Shown here: in pieces, positions 21,796 through 32,000 of the stretch
Position numbering within the stretch: position 1 is the first letter of the stretch
How the letters are laid out: each line of letters opens with the position of its first letter
Assembly: GCF_000953295.1 (NCBI RefSeq)
Contig: NZ_LN649255.1
Coordinates: forward strand, 240,001-272,000
Source of the DNA: Candidatus Portiera aleyrodidarum
GTDB taxonomy: Bacteria; Pseudomonadota; Gammaproteobacteria; Johnevansiales; Johnevansiaceae
Direction of reading: 5' to 3'
DNA length: 32,000 nt
Position numbers and translations under genes: made by a program
The notes under the pieces: generated by a model
Told to the model about the DNA's origin: nothing
Database searches by the model: none
Seen by the model: the letters and a program-made list of their open reading frames with translations, nothing else

Positions 21796-23352
21796 ATGAA
21801 AAAAATAAAATCTAATCCTAGTTTAGAACTTTATGTAAAAAAAATACTTAATTCAAAAGTATATGAACTTGCTAAATTTACACCTTTATCTTTTACACCT
21901 TTACTTTCAAAAATTTTAAAAAACAAGATTTTTATAAAACGTGAAGATTTACAACAAATATTTTCTTTTAAAATTAGAGGCGCATATAATTGTATGATTA
22001 AACTATCTAAAAATAAAATAAAGAAAGGAGTAATTACAGCTTCTGCAGGCAACCATGCGCAAGGTGTCGCTTTATCTGCAAAAAAATTAGGTATTAAATC
22101 TATTATTGTTATGCCTAAAATAACACCTGAAATTAAAGTTTTATCTGTACAAGCTATCGGTTCTGAAGTATTAATAAAAGGTAATAATTTTAATTCATCT
22201 TTAAAATATGCATTAAATTTAGTTAATAAATATGGATATACTTATATTCCTCCATTTGATAATACCGAAGTAATTGCAGGACAAGGAACTTTAGCAATGG
22301 AACTTTTAAAACAATATAAAAATAAAATTTATGCAATATTTGTTCCTGTTGGTGGAGGAGGATTAATTGCAGGAATTACAGCATATATAAAATATTTACG
22401 TCCTAAAATAAAAATAATAGGTGTCGAGCCTGAAGATTCTGCTTGTTTAAAAGAAGCAATAAAATTTGGTTATCCAATTACATTAAATACTTTAGATATG
22501 TTTGCGGAAGGAGTGGCAGTATCTCGGATTGGTAATAAACCTTTTAAATTAATAAAAAATATTATAGATGAGATTATCACTGTTAATATAGATGAAATGT
22601 GTTCTGCAATAAAAGATATGTTTGAAAATACAAGAGCTTTAGCAGAAGTTTCAGGAGCTTTATCTTTAGCTGGATTAAAAAAATATATAATAAAAAAAAA
22701 AATTATAAATAAAACTTTAATTTGTATAAATACTGGAGCAAATATTAATTTTGAGAAATTACAATATATAGCAAACAGAACAGCTTTAGGAGAAAATAAA
22801 GAATTAATATTAGCGATAAAAATACCAGAATCAATAGGTAGTTTAAAAAACTTATGTAATATAATAGGTAAAAATAAAATGTTTACTGAGTTAAATTATC
22901 GTTACTTTAATAAAAGTAAAGCAAATATATTAATAGGTTTAAAAATTATTCCAGGTATTGAAGATAAAAAAAATATAATAAAGAATATACGTAATGCTAA
23001 TTTTTTAGTTAAAGATATGAGTTATAATGAATTAATAAAATTACATATTCGTTATTTTATTGGAGGAAACTTTAAAAGTTATACAAAGAAAAATAATTAT
23101 AAAGAAGAATTATATTGTTTTGAATTTCCAGAAAAGCCAGGTGCTTTAATAAAATTTTTAAATAGTTTACCTGAAATTTTTAATATTTCTTTATTTCATT
23201 ACCGAAATTATGGGTATGCGTATGGTCGTGTTTTAATAGCTATACAATTATATAAAAATAAAATAAAAAAATTAGAAAAAAATTTAGACAAAATAGGGTA
23301 TAGATATTGGAAAGAAAGTAAAAATATAGCGTATAAACTTTTTTTAAAATAA
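21796..23352 (+). CDS. ilvA: Biosynthetic threonine dehydratase (threonine ammonia-lyase), full length with the C-terminal regulatory domains
   Basis: PLP-lysine motif FSFKIRGAYN, GVITASAGNHAQGVALSAKKLGIKSIIVMP, PPFDNTEVIAGQGTLAMELL, VPVGGGGLIAG. At 518 aa it includes the two ACT-like repeats found in E. coli IlvA (514 aa). Confidence 0.96.
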   Translation: MKKIKSNPSLELYVKKILNSKVYELAKFTPLSFTPLLSKILKNKIFIKREDLQQIFSFKIRGAYNCMIKLSKNKIKKGVITASAGNHAQGVALSAKKLGIKSIIVMPKITPEIKVLSVQAIGSEVLIKGNNFNSSLKYALNLVNKYGYTYIPPFDNTEVIAGQGTLAMELLKQYKNKIYAIFVPVGGGGLIAGITAYIKYLRPKIKIIGVEPEDSACLKEAIKFGYPITLNTLDMFAEGVAVSRIGNKPFKLIKNIIDEIITVNIDEMCSAIKDMFENTRALAEVSGALSLAGLKKYIIKKKIINKTLICINTGANINFEKLQYIANRTALGENKELILAIKIPESIGSLKNLCNIIGKNKMFTELNYRYFNKSKANILIGLKIIPGIEDKKNIIKNIRNANFLVKDMSYNELIKLHIRYFIGGNFKSYTKKNNYKEELYCFEFPEKPGALIKFLNSLPEIFNISLFHYRNYGYAYGRVLIAIQLYKNKIKKLEKNLDKIGYRYWKESKNIAYKLFLK

Positions 23353-23356
23353 AAAA

Positions 23357-23761
23357 ATGAATAAGAAAATTATTATGGCTTTTGATTATGGGATAAAAAA
23401 AATAGGTATAGCATTAGGTAATAATATAATTAATACTATTACTATACTAAAAACTATTTCATCTATAAATGGTAAACCAAATTGGGATAAAATTTCTAAA
23501 TTAATAAAAAATTGGATACCTGATTTATTATTAGTTGGGTTGCCAATAAATATAGATAATACTGAGTCTAAAATGAGTTTATTATCTAGAAAATTTGGAA
23601 AAGAATTAAAAAAAAAATATTCTTTACCATATCACCTGGTAGATGAACGGATTTCAACTTATGAAGCTAAATATCTTGCTAAAGAAGAAATATTCTATAC
23701 GAAAAAAAATTTAGATGGGATAGCCGCTAGTATCATAATTAACGATTTTTTAAATAAATAA
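23357..23761 (+). CDS. ruvX: YqgF/RuvX family putative pre-16S rRNA nuclease (Holliday-junction-resolvase-like)
   Basis: 134 aa. AFDYGIKKIGIALGN (catalytic Asp motif), LLLVGLPINIDNTES, LVDERISTYEA. Confidence 0.85.
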   Translation: MNKKIIMAFDYGIKKIGIALGNNIINTITILKTISSINGKPNWDKISKLIKNWIPDLLLVGLPINIDNTESKMSLLSRKFGKELKKKYSLPYHLVDERISTYEAKYLAKEEIFYTKKNLDGIAASIIINDFLNK

Positions 23762-23767
23762 TTTAGA

Positions 23768-24592
23768 TTGGAGAAAGTTTTGAAAAAATTCTATATTGAA
23801 AAAATTTTAAATGTTTTTCATTGGAATAAGAATTTATTTAGTTTTTATACAACAAAAAATAAAAACTTACGGGTTAAAAATGGGCAATTTTTAATTATTG
23901 GTTTAAATATAAATAAAGATTTTAAGTTAATAATAAGAGCATATTCATTAGTAAGTCCTAATTATTCTAATTATCTTGAATTTTTTTCAATAAAAATAGA
24001 AAATGGTAAATTTACATCATTATTAAAAAATATAAAAATTGGTGATTATATATTAATAAGTAAAAAATCTACAGGAACATTAACAATTGATAATATAAAA
24101 AGTGGGAAAAGTTTATTTCTATTAGCTACTGGGACTGGCTTAGCACCATTTATAAGTTTAATACAAGATCCAATATTATATTGTCGGTTTAAAAAAATTA
24201 TTTTAATACATGGAGTAAGTTATATAAATGAATTAGCATATAAAAAATTTATTAATAAAAAAATTTTTTATAAAAAAAATTTAAAAAAAAAAATAAAAAA
24301 AAAATTAATTTATTATCCAACAATTACTCGTGAAAATTATATAAATCAAGGTAGAATTACTGAAATTATTATTAAAGGAAAATTATTTAAAGAATTAAAA
24401 TTACCTTTTTTTAATTTAAATTCTGATAGATTAATGTTATGTGGTAATAAAAATATGTTAAAAGAAATATCAGAATATTTAAAAAATTTAGGATTTAAAA
24501 AATCATTAATTAATAATCCTAATGATTATGTTTTTGAAAATTCTTTTATAAATAAAAAAACCAGATGGGATAGATTTTATATAAATGAATAA
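23768..24592 (+). CDS. fpr: Ferredoxin/flavodoxin-NADP+ reductase (non-ATG start; exact start uncertain)
   Basis: FAD motif RAYSLVS (RxYS), the LEFFSIKIENGKFTS beta-barrel region and the NADP motif LLATGTGLAPFISL are colinear with E. coli Fpr. There is no in-frame ATG near the 5' end. Candidate starts are TTG at 23768 or TTG at 23780. Confidence 0.88.
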   Translation: MEKVLKKFYIEKILNVFHWNKNLFSFYTTKNKNLRVKNGQFLIIGLNINKDFKLIIRAYSLVSPNYSNYLEFFSIKIENGKFTSLLKNIKIGDYILISKKSTGTLTIDNIKSGKSLFLLATGTGLAPFISLIQDPILYCRFKKIILIHGVSYINELAYKKFINKKIFYKKNLKKKIKKKLIYYPTITRENYINQGRITEIIIKGKLFKELKLPFFNLNSDRLMLCGNKNMLKEISEYLKNLGFKKSLINNPNDYVFENSFINKKTRWDRFYINE

Positions 24593-24926
24593 TTTATTTC
24601 TTTTTTTTATAATAACAACAATATTAATATTAATAATAAATATTATTTCATATTTTTTAGGTGGGTATAGTTGGTCACCAAATAAAGAAATACCTTTCGA
24701 ATCTGGCATAATTTCTATTGGGTCAATAAAAAAAATCAATTACTTTGCAAAATTTTATATTTTAGCAATATTATTTGTGATATTTGATTTAGAAGTTATA
24801 TTTTTATTTTGTTGGGCAATTGCAATTAGAGAATTAGGATGGCAAGGTTTTATAGGGATAATAATATTTATATTTATATTATTAATAGGATTATTATATG
24901 ATATATGTAATGAGATATTTGATTAA
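24585..24926 (+). CDS. nuoA: NADH:quinone oxidoreductase subunit A
   Basis: IPFESGIISIG, AKFYILAILFVIFDLEVIFLF and IRELGWQGFIG match E. coli VPFESGIDSVG...[21 protein letters not shown]...IRESGWVGF. Confidence 0.92.
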   Translation: MNNLFLFFIITTILILIINIISYFLGGYSWSPNKEIPFESGIISIGSIKKINYFAKFYILAILFVIFDLEVIFLFCWAIAIRELGWQGFIGIIIFIFILLIGLLYDICNEIFD

Positions 24927-24941
24927 AAATGGAGAATATAT

Positions 24942-25544
24942 ATGAAATATATATTAATAGAACAAATAAAAAATAATATTCTTTTCTGTAAACTAAAAAA
25001 AGTTTCTAATTTATTAATAACTTGGGGAAGAAAAAATTCTATATGGCCTTTTAATTTTGGCTTATCTTGTTGTTATGTAGAAATGACAACTTCTTTTACA
25101 TCACCTCATGATATCTCAAGATTTGGATCAGAAGTTATTAGATCTTCCCCAAGACAATCTGATTTAATGGTAATTGCTGGAACTTGTTTTATAAAAATGG
25201 TACCAGTTATCCAACATTTATATGATCAACTGTTAGAGCCAAAATGGGTTATATCAATGGGTTCTTGTGCAAATTCAGGTGGGATGTATGATAGTTATTC
25301 AGTTGTACAAGGAGTTGATAAATTTTTACCAGTAGATCTTTATATACCTGGCTGCCCACCTAGACCTGAAGCTTTTTTACAAGGTTTACAGTTATTACAA
25401 AATTCAATTACTAAAGAAAGTCGTCCATTATCTTGGGTATTAGGTGATCAAAAAGTCTATAAGGATGAAATGCCTAATCAAAAACAAATAAAACATAAAA
25501 ATTATATTAAAACAAAAAAATTACGTAAGAACAATGAGATTTAA
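24942..25544 (+). CDS. nuoB: NADH:quinone oxidoreductase subunit B (N2 Fe-S cluster)
   Basis: [39 protein letters not shown]. Confidence 0.96.
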   Translation: MKYILIEQIKNNILFCKLKKVSNLLITWGRKNSIWPFNFGLSCCYVEMTTSFTSPHDISRFGSEVIRSSPRQSDLMVIAGTCFIKMVPVIQHLYDQLLEPKWVISMGSCANSGGMYDSYSVVQGVDKFLPVDLYIPGCPPRPEAFLQGLQLLQNSITKESRPLSWVLGDQKVYKDEMPNQKQIKHKNYIKTKKLRKNNEI

Positions 25545-27297
25545 TAAAAAAAAATTAAAAAAACATGAACAAATTATATTAAAATTATTATATTTAAAGT
25601 TTGGGAAAAAAAATATTTTATATTCACAAAATACTATTATGGGTATGCCAGTGATATGGGTCAAACCTTATAAATTATTTGAGATAATGAAATTTTTACG
25701 TTATGGAAATGAAAAATTTGATATGTTGTTTGATTTAAATTGTATAGATGAAAGATTAAGAAATAATAGAAAAAATTTACCAAATTCAGATTTTACAATA
25801 TTTTATCATTTGTTATCTTTTAAAAAAAATTATGATTTACTAATAAAAGTCGGTTTAGGAGAACAAAAATTATTATTACCTTCTATTGTTAAGATATGGC
25901 CAAATGCTAATTGGTATGAACGAGAAGTATATGATATGTTTGGAATTAAATTTTATGGACATCCAAATTTAAGAAGAATTTTGATGCCTTTAAATTGGAA
26001 AGGATACCCATTACGTAAAGATTACCCATCACGTGCCTCTGAATTTAAGATTTTAAATATTGATCGGTATAATCAAGATAAAGAACAATCTTCATTATGT
26101 TTTATTGCTGAAGAATGGGGTTTTTCAAAAAATAAAAATAATATGTTTTTAAATTTTGGCCCTAATCATCCTTCTGCTCATGGGGCTTTTAGAATAATAT
26201 TACAAATTTATGGAGAAAAAATATTAAAATGTATACCTGATATTGGGTTTCATCATCGTGGGGCAGAAAAAATGGCAGAACGGCAAACATGGCATAGTTA
26301 TATACCTTATACTGATCGTATTGATTATACTGGTGGAGTAATAAATAATTTACCTTATATCTTAGCAATTGAAAAACTTGCAAAAATAAATGTTACTGAA
26401 AAAACAAAAGTAATACGTATTATCATGATGGAAATATTTAGAATAAATTCACATTTATTATTTTTAGGTACTTTTTTACAAGATTTAGGTGCAATGAGTA
26501 CAGTTTTTTTTACGTTTACAGATAGACAGAAATGTTACGAAATAATAGAATCAATAACAGGTTTTCGTATGCACCCAGCCTGGTTTCGTATAGGTGGTTT
26601 AGCTCATGATTTACCAAAAGGATGGTGTAAATTAATAAAAAATTTTATTAATTGGATAAATAAAAGACTTAAAGAATATAAAAAAGCGATGATGAATAAT
26701 TACATATTACGAAAACGGACTAAATTTATTGCATCTTATACAACATCAGAAGCATTAGAATGGGGTATTACTGGACCAAATTTAAGAGCTACTGGTTTTA
26801 ATTTTGATGTAAGAAAAAATAGACCTTATTCAGGTTATGAAAATTTAGATTTTGATATACCTATTGGGATTAATGGAGATGTGTTTGATAGAGCAAATAT
26901 TAGAGTTGAAGAAATGTATCAAAGTTTACGTATTATAAAACAATGTATAAATAATATACCAGAAGGAAATATAAAAATCGAACATCCTTTAGTTATTCCT
27001 CCTAATAGAAAAAATATGTTAAAAAATATAGAAACTTTAATAACACATTTTTTACAAATTTCTTGGGGACCAATAATTAAACCAAATGAAACGTTCCAAA
27101 TGATAGAAGCAACTAAAGGAATTAATAGTTATTATTTGATATCTGATGGTAATACAACAAGTTATCGTACTAGAATACGTACTCCTAGTTATTCTCACTT
27201 ACAACATATATCCTCAATAATGCAAGGAGCATATATCCCAGATCTGATTGCTCATATTGCAAGTATTGATTTTGTAATGGCTGATGTAGATCGTTAA
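25534..27297 (+). CDS. nuoC: NADH:quinone oxidoreductase fused subunit C/D
   Basis: A single 587-aa ORF. The NuoC part carries [31 protein letters not shown]. The NuoD part carries [42 protein letters not shown] and [11 protein letters not shown]. The fused architecture matches E. coli and other gammaproteobacteria. It overlaps the nuoB 3' end by 11 nt. Confidence 0.97.
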   Translation: MRFNKKKLKKHEQIILKLLYLKFGKKNILYSQNTIMGMPVIWVKPYKLFEIMKFLRYGNEKFDMLFDLNCIDERLRNNRKNLPNSDFTIFYHLLSFKKNYDLLIKVGLGEQKLLLPSIVKIWPNANWYEREVYDMFGIKFYGHPNLRRILMPLNWKGYPLRKDYPSRASEFKILNIDRYNQDKEQSSLCFIAEEWGFSKNKNNMFLNFGPNHPSAHGAFRIILQIYGEKILKCIPDIGFHHRGAEKMAERQTWHSYIPYTDRIDYTGGVINNLPYILAIEKLAKINVTEKTKVIRIIMMEIFRINSHLLFLGTFLQDLGAMSTVFFTFTDRQKCYEIIESITGFRMHPAWFRIGGLAHDLPKGWCKLIKNFINWINKRLKEYKKAMMNNYILRKRTKFIASYTTSEALEWGITGPNLRATGFNFDVRKNRPYSGYENLDFDIPIGINGDVFDRANIRVEEMYQSLRIIKQCINNIPEGNIKIEHPLVIPPNRKNMLKNIETLITHFLQISWGPIIKPNETFQMIEATKGINSYYLISDGNTTSYRTRIRTPSYSHLQHISSIMQGAYIPDLIAHIASIDFVMADVDR

Positions 27298-27314
27298 AAT
27301 AAAAAATTATATAA

Positions 27315-27845
27315 ATGGAAGAAATTATGGAAATTTATTTAATAAAAAAAAATAAATCTAAATTAAAAAATAAAAAAAAAAATTTAAGTAAAGAAGAAAT
27401 AACAGAAATTATTATTGAAAAAAATAACTATAAAAATAGTAAAGCTGCTTCAATTGGTGCTTTAAAAATAGTACAAAAATATAGAGGATGGATATCAGAT
27501 AAAATTATTAATGAAATTGCAAAGTTAATAGGAATAAATCCAACGGAATTAGATAGTATCGCTACATTTTATAGTTTAATTTATAGAAAACCGGTTGGTA
27601 ATAATATAATTTTTTTATGTGATAGTATTACTTGTTATATAAATGGCTCTGAAATTATTTATCAGAAATTAAAAAAAGAATTAGGAATAATTATGGGAGA
27701 AACAACTAATGATAAACGGTTTACCTTATTGCCAATATGTTGCTTAGGTAATTGTGATAAATCACCAAATATAATGATTAATAAAGATATTTATTATAAT
27801 TTAATAAAAAAAAATATAAGTAAGATATTGGAGCTTTATAAATAA
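27315..27845 (+). CDS. nuoE: NADH:quinone oxidoreductase subunit E (2Fe-2S)
   Basis: [62 protein letters not shown]. The start may instead be the second Met, at 27327. Confidence 0.93.
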   Translation: MEEIMEIYLIKKNKSKLKNKKKNLSKEEITEIIIEKNNYKNSKAASIGALKIVQKYRGWISDKIINEIAKLIGINPTELDSIATFYSLIYRKPVGNNIIFLCDSITCYINGSEIIYQKLKKELGIIMGETTNDKRFTLLPICCLGNCDKSPNIMINKDIYYNLIKKNISKILELYK

Positions 27846-29152
27846 TGAGAAATAAACGTCTTCCTTCTTTTGGTACAGCTAATTTAATAAAAAAATCAAA
27901 AGAAACTCATCCGTTAACTTGGAGATTAAATAAAGAAGGTAATACAATTTGGTTAAAAGAATATATAAAAAAAGATGGATATCTAGCAATTAAACGTACT
28001 TTAAAAGAATTAACTCCAGAAGAAGTAATAAAACAAATAAAAAGTTCTGGGTTAAAAGGTAGAGGAGGAGCTGGTTTTATAACAGGTATAAAATGGAGTT
28101 TAACTAATAAAAAAAATGTAAAAACTTTTTTATTATGTAATGCTGATGAAATGGAACCTAATACTTACAAAGATAGGTTATTATTAGAACAAGAACCTCA
28201 TTTATTAATAGAAGGTATGATAATTGCAGCGTACGCAAATAATTCTAATAAAGGTTATATTTTTATAAGAGGAGAATATATTGATGCAATTAATATTATT
28301 AATATTGCTATAAAAGAAGCTCGTAATAAAAATTTTCTAGGTAAAAATATTTTAAAGTCTGATTTTTCTTTTGATATATTTATACATTCTGGTGCTGGAA
28401 GATATATTTGTGGTGAAGAAACTGCATTAATTAATTCTTTAGAAGGATATAGAGCAAATCCTAGAAATAAACCACCATTTCCAGGTCAAATTGGGGTATG
28501 GGGGAAACCAACCGTAGTAAATAATGTTGAAACGTTATGTAATATTCCTTCTATTATAACCAATGGTGTTAACTGGTATCATAAATTATGTTTACCTGGA
28601 TCAGAAGATAATGGGACAAAACTTATGGGATTTTCAGGTAAATTAAAAAATCCAGGATTATGGGAATTGCCAATGGGTATAACTGCTATGGAAATATTTG
28701 AAGATTATGCTTTTGGAATGATTAATGGTTATAAATTAAAAGCTTGGCAACCTGGAGGGGCTAGTACAGGAATTTTGTTACCTCAACATTTGAAAGTCCA
28801 GATGTGCTCGAATGGAATACTGAAATTAGGAACCCGAATTGGAACTGCAATATTATTAGCTATTGATAATACTATTAAGATAGTATCTTTTTTAAAAAAC
28901 ATAGAAAAATTTTTTTATAGAGAATCTTGTGGATGGTGTTCACCTTGTCGTGAGGGCTTACCATGGATTGTTAATATATTAAAAAATTTAGAAAATAATA
29001 AAGGAAAATATAAAGATATTGATATATTAATAGATTTAACAAGACAATTAACTAATGGGAAAACTTTTTGTGGGCACGGACCAGGCGCAGCAGAACCTTT
29101 AATTAGTGCAATAAAATATTTTCGTAATGAATTTGATAAATTAATGGTTTAA
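27845..29152 (+). CDS. nuoF: NADH:quinone oxidoreductase subunit F (FMN/NADH site, N3 cluster)
   Basis: [62 protein letters not shown]. The start overlaps the nuoE stop by 1 nt (TAATG). Confidence 0.97.
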   Translation: MRNKRLPSFGTANLIKKSKETHPLTWRLNKEGNTIWLKEYIKKDGYLAIKRTLKELTPEEVIKQIKSSGLKGRGGAGFITGIKWSLTNKKNVKTFLLCNADEMEPNTYKDRLLLEQEPHLLIEGMIIAAYANNSNKGYIFIRGEYIDAINIINIAIKEARNKNFLGKNILKSDFSFDIFIHSGAGRYICGEETALINSLEGYRANPRNKPPFPGQIGVWGKPTVVNNVETLCNIPSIITNGVNWYHKLCLPGSEDNGTKLMGFSGKLKNPGLWELPMGITAMEIFEDYAFGMINGYKLKAWQPGGASTGILLPQHLKVQMCSNGILKLGTRIGTAILLAIDNTIKIVSFLKNIEKFFYRESCGWCSPCREGLPWIVNILKNLENNKGKYKDIDILIDLTRQLTNGKTFCGHGPGAAEPLISAIKYFRNEFDKLMV

Positions 29153-29154
29153 TT

Positions 29155-31857
29155 ATGACAATATTAAATGTAGATAATAAAGATTATAAAATAAAAAATA
29201 ATAAGAAAAATTTATTAGAAATATGTTTATCTTTTGGAATTGATATACCTTATTTTTGTTGGCATCCAAAGTTGGGCAGTGTAGGTTCATGTCGGCAATG
29301 TATAATTAAAAGATACAATAAGAGAGATGATACAATTGGTCATTTTATTATTTCCTGTATGACAAAAGTAAAAAAATATGACTTTATATCTACAAAAGAT
29401 AAAGAATCGAAGGATAGTCGTTCTAAAATAATTGAATTAATGATGATAAATCACCCGCATGACTGCCCTGTATGCGAAGAAGGGGGTCAATGTCATCTTC
29501 AAGATATGACTGTTATGTTAAAACATAATATTAGAAGATATAAATTTTATAAAAGAACTCATAAAAATCAATATATAGGGCCTTTTATAAATCATGAAAT
29601 GAATAGATGTATTACTTGTTATCGTTGTATAAGATTTTATAAAGATTATGCAGGTGGTAAAGATTTAGAAGTATTTGGTAGTAAAAATAATTTATATTTT
29701 GGGAGGGTTAGTAATGGGAAATTAGAAAATGAATTTTCTGGAAATTTAATAGAAATATGTCCAACGGGTGTATTTACAGATAAACAATATTCTTTACATT
29801 ATGCGAGAAAATGGGATTTACAATATGCCCCAAGTATTTGTAATGGATGTTCTTGTGGTTGTAATATCAATATAGGTGAACGGTATGGGAAAATTCGTAA
29901 AATAGAAAATCGTTATAATAGTAAAATAAATAATTACTTTATATGTGATAGAGGCCGGTTTGGGTATGGTTATATAAATAGTGTAAATCGAAATCGGATA
30001 CCTTATATAAATAAAAATCCTATTACATCAATAGATATAGCTATTGATTATAGTGCTGATATGTTAAGGACAGCTTATAGAATTATTGGGATAGGATCTC
30101 CAAGAGCAAGTATAGAAAGTAATTTTGCTTTATGTAATTTAGTTGGAAAAAAAAATTTTTCTAATGGGATTGAAAAAAATGAATTAGAATGTTTAAAATT
30201 AATTATAGATATTTTATATAAAGGTGCTTTACCTTCTTCTTCAATAAGTGATATAGAATCTCATGACCTAATCATTATATTAGGTGAAGATCTTACTCAA
30301 GTTTCAGCAAGAATTGCATTGGCTGTACGTCAATCTGCTAAAAGAACATCTTTTAATATTGCAAAAAAATATAAGATTCCTGAATGGGATCTTAATTCTG
30401 TTCAGAAATTTTATAATGGGTATAAAAATCCTATATATATGTTTACAACAAATAAAACAAAATTAGATGAGATAGCTTATGAAAAAGTTATTTGTACAAA
30501 AGAAGAAATTGCAATATTTGGATTTGCTATCGCTAATTTCATAGATCAGAACGCACCAAAAATAAAGTTAGAATCATTTTATAATAAAAATAAAAAAATT
30601 TTATTAAAAATTTTAAAAAAATTACGATGTTCAAAAAGACCATTAATTATTAGTGGTTGTTCACTTAAATATTCTTTAATTTTAAAATCTGCTTATAATA
30701 TATCTCGTGCTTTAAATTTTTTAAATAAAAATGGTTCTATAGTTTTAACTCCTAATGAATCTAATAGTCTTGGTGTTACTATGTTAGGCAGTAATTCTTT
30801 AAATTGGGCAATAAATAAGCTTATAAAAAATAAAGCTGATGCAGTAATAATATTAGAAAATAATATTTATCGTCGTATTAAATCATCTTTAGTTTTTAGT
30901 GCTTTAAAAAATAAAAAAGTTATTCTAATTGATTATCAAAGAAATATAACATTTGAAAATGCTAATGTTATTTTACCTGCAGCTACTCTAGCTGAAGGTA
31001 ATGGTACATTAATAAATTATGAAGGTAGAGCGCAAAGATTTTTTAAAGTTTATGAACCAAGTTATTATAGGACTGGAGAATTAACTAAAGAAAGCTGGAG
31101 ATGGCTACATGCTTTAAAAATAGCACTTAAAAATTGTAAATTAGAATGGATACATCTAAATGATGTAATAAAAGTATGTTCTAAATATAATCCTATTTTA
31201 AGTAAGATATTAAAATTATCAAATTTAAAAATAAAAATAAAAAAATTAGCACGGTTAACTCATAGGGTAAGTGGGCGAGCAGCTATTAATTCTAATATCC
31301 AAATAAATGAAAAAAACATTCCTAATGATATCGATACAAATTTTACGTTTTCAACTGAAGGTTATAATTATATTAATTGTTCTGAAATAGCTTTTGCTTG
31401 GTATCCAGGATGGAATTCTACTCAAGCATGGAACAAATTTCAAAATGAAGTTGGTGTAAATTTATATGCTGGTAATCCTGGAATAAAGTTAATAAATTAT
31501 TGTAAGATGAAAAATGACTTATCTTATTTTAATACTAACTTTTATAAAATCAAAAATAAAAAATGGCAAGTTATACCTATATATCATTTATTAGGTAGTG
31601 AAGAAAATAGTGCGGTAACTAGTTCTATAAAAAAATGTATTCCAAAGCCTTATATAAGGATAAATAAACATGATATAATTTTGCTAAAGTTAATTCCAGA
31701 ATCTAAAATTCAAGCAGTTATTAATGATATTGAATTAAAAATTATAATTAAAAGTACTAATAATATGCGTAATGGGATAATAGGTTTGCCTTTTGGTATT
31801 AATGGGATACCAATAGAAATATTTGGTATGTGGGTTAAGTTTATAATAAAAAAATAA
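29155..31857 (+). CDS. nuoG: NADH:quinone oxidoreductase subunit G (900 aa)
   Basis: 2Fe-2S motif YFCWHPKLGSVGSCRQC, N5 motif HPHDCPVCEEGGQCHLQD, 4Fe-4S motifs CITCYRCIRF...CPTGVFTD and CNGCSCGCN. Full-length relative to E. coli NuoG. Confidence 0.96.
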   Translation: MTILNVDNKDYKIKNNKKNLLEICLSFGIDIPYFCWHPKLGSVGSCRQCIIKRYNKRDDTIGHFIISCMTKVKKYDFISTKDKESKDSRSKIIELMMINHPHDCPVCEEGGQCHLQDMTVMLKHNIRRYKFYKRTHKNQYIGPFINHEMNRCITCYRCIRFYKDYAGGKDLEVFGSKNNLYFGRVSNGKLENEFSGNLIEICPTGVFTDKQYSLHYARKWDLQYAPSICNGCSCGCNINIGERYGKIRKIENRYNSKINNYFICDRGRFGYGYINSVNRNRIPYINKNPITSIDIAIDYSADMLRTAYRIIGIGSPRASIESNFALCNLVGKKNFSNGIEKNELECLKLIIDILYKGALPSSSISDIESHDLIIILGEDLTQVSARIALAVRQSAKRTSFNIAKKYKIPEWDLNSVQKFYNGYKNPIYMFTTNKTKLDEIAYEKVICTKEEIAIFGFAIANFIDQNAPKIKLESFYNKNKKILLKILKKLRCSKRPLIISGCSLKYSLILKSAYNISRALNFLNKNGSIVLTPNESNSLGVTMLGSNSLNWAINKLIKNKADAVIILENNIYRRIKSSLVFSALKNKKVILIDYQRNITFENANVILPAATLAEGNGTLINYEGRAQRFFKVYEPSYYRTGELTKESWRWLHALKIALKNCKLEWIHLNDVIKVCSKYNPILSKILKLSNLKIKIKKLARLTHRVSGRAAINSNIQINEKNIPNDIDTNFTFSTEGYNYINCSEIAFAWYPGWNSTQAWNKFQNEVGVNLYAGNPGIKLINYCKMKNDLSYFNTNFYKIKNKKWQVIPIYHLLGSEENSAVTSSIKKCIPKPYIRINKHDIILLKLIPESKIQAVINDIELKIIIKSTNNMRNGIIGLPFGINGIPIEIFGMWVKFIIKK

Positions 31858-31861
31858 AATT

Positions 31862-32000
31862 ATGATGAATAATATAATACAAACTACTATCGTTATAGTT
31901 TTTATATTTATAATTGGTGCTTTCATGAGTTTTATAGAACGTAAAGCTTTAGGTTTATGGCAAGATAGATATGGACCAAACCGCGTAGGTTATTTTGGGA
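31862..32000 (+). CDS. nuoH: NADH:quinone oxidoreductase subunit H, first ~46 codons; the gene runs off the right edge
   Basis: My translation is [46 protein letters not shown]. It matches E. coli ...[26 protein letters not shown]. It is absent from the ORF track because it is open-ended. Confidence 0.9.
   Translation, partial: [46 protein letters not shown]

Noticed and set aside
24506-24739. 77-aa minus-strand ORF across the fpr/nuoA junction, and a 63-aa one at 31735-31926 across nuoG/nuoH.
   Set aside because: Both are antisense to conserved nuo and fpr coding sequence and have no motif support.

Overview
This window is extremely AT-rich and almost entirely coding. It uses the standard code: TGA serves as a stop codon for gyrB and glyS, and Trp is encoded by TGG. 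It reads like core chromosome from a highly reduced gammaproteobacterial obligate endosymbiont of the insect-symbiont type. I cannot name the organism from sequence alone.

I support 30 protein genes and 2 tRNAs:
- Minus strand, positions 1-15356: gyrA (5' part), secA, tRNA-Arg(CCG), ornithine carbamoyltransferase, the full F1Fo ATP synthase operon atpBEFHAGDC, mnmG (gidA), mnmE (trmE), a truncated yidC, rnpA and rpmH.
- After the strand switch at 15357-15419: dnaN, gyrB and a CAU-anticodon tRNA on the plus strand, glyS and glyQ on the minus strand, then ilvA, ruvX (yqgF), fpr and nuoA, nuoB, nuoCD, nuoE, nuoF, nuoG and the start of nuoH on the plus strand.

Spacers are mostly 0-25 bp, and several gene pairs overlap.

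I found no mobile elements, CRISPR arrays, defence or toxin genes, or orphan multi-gene cassettes. I therefore see no evidence of a novel accessory system here.

The points worth a second look are all genome-reduction phenomena:
- dnaA and recF are absent from the rpmH/dnaN/gyrB cluster, and there is no room left for either classical oriC location.
- YidC is reduced to its membrane core.
- The glyS 3' end and stop codon are encoded antisense inside a tRNA gene.
- One 213-bp spacer carries an unexplained GC-richer patch.
- Neighbouring genes appear fused into operons (atp with argF, fpr with nuo).
- The GyrB insert is degenerate and the SecA C-terminal tail is lost.
- Many long A/T homopolymers lie inside genes.

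All homology statements come from my own reading of the translations against remembered E. coli sequences. No database search was run.
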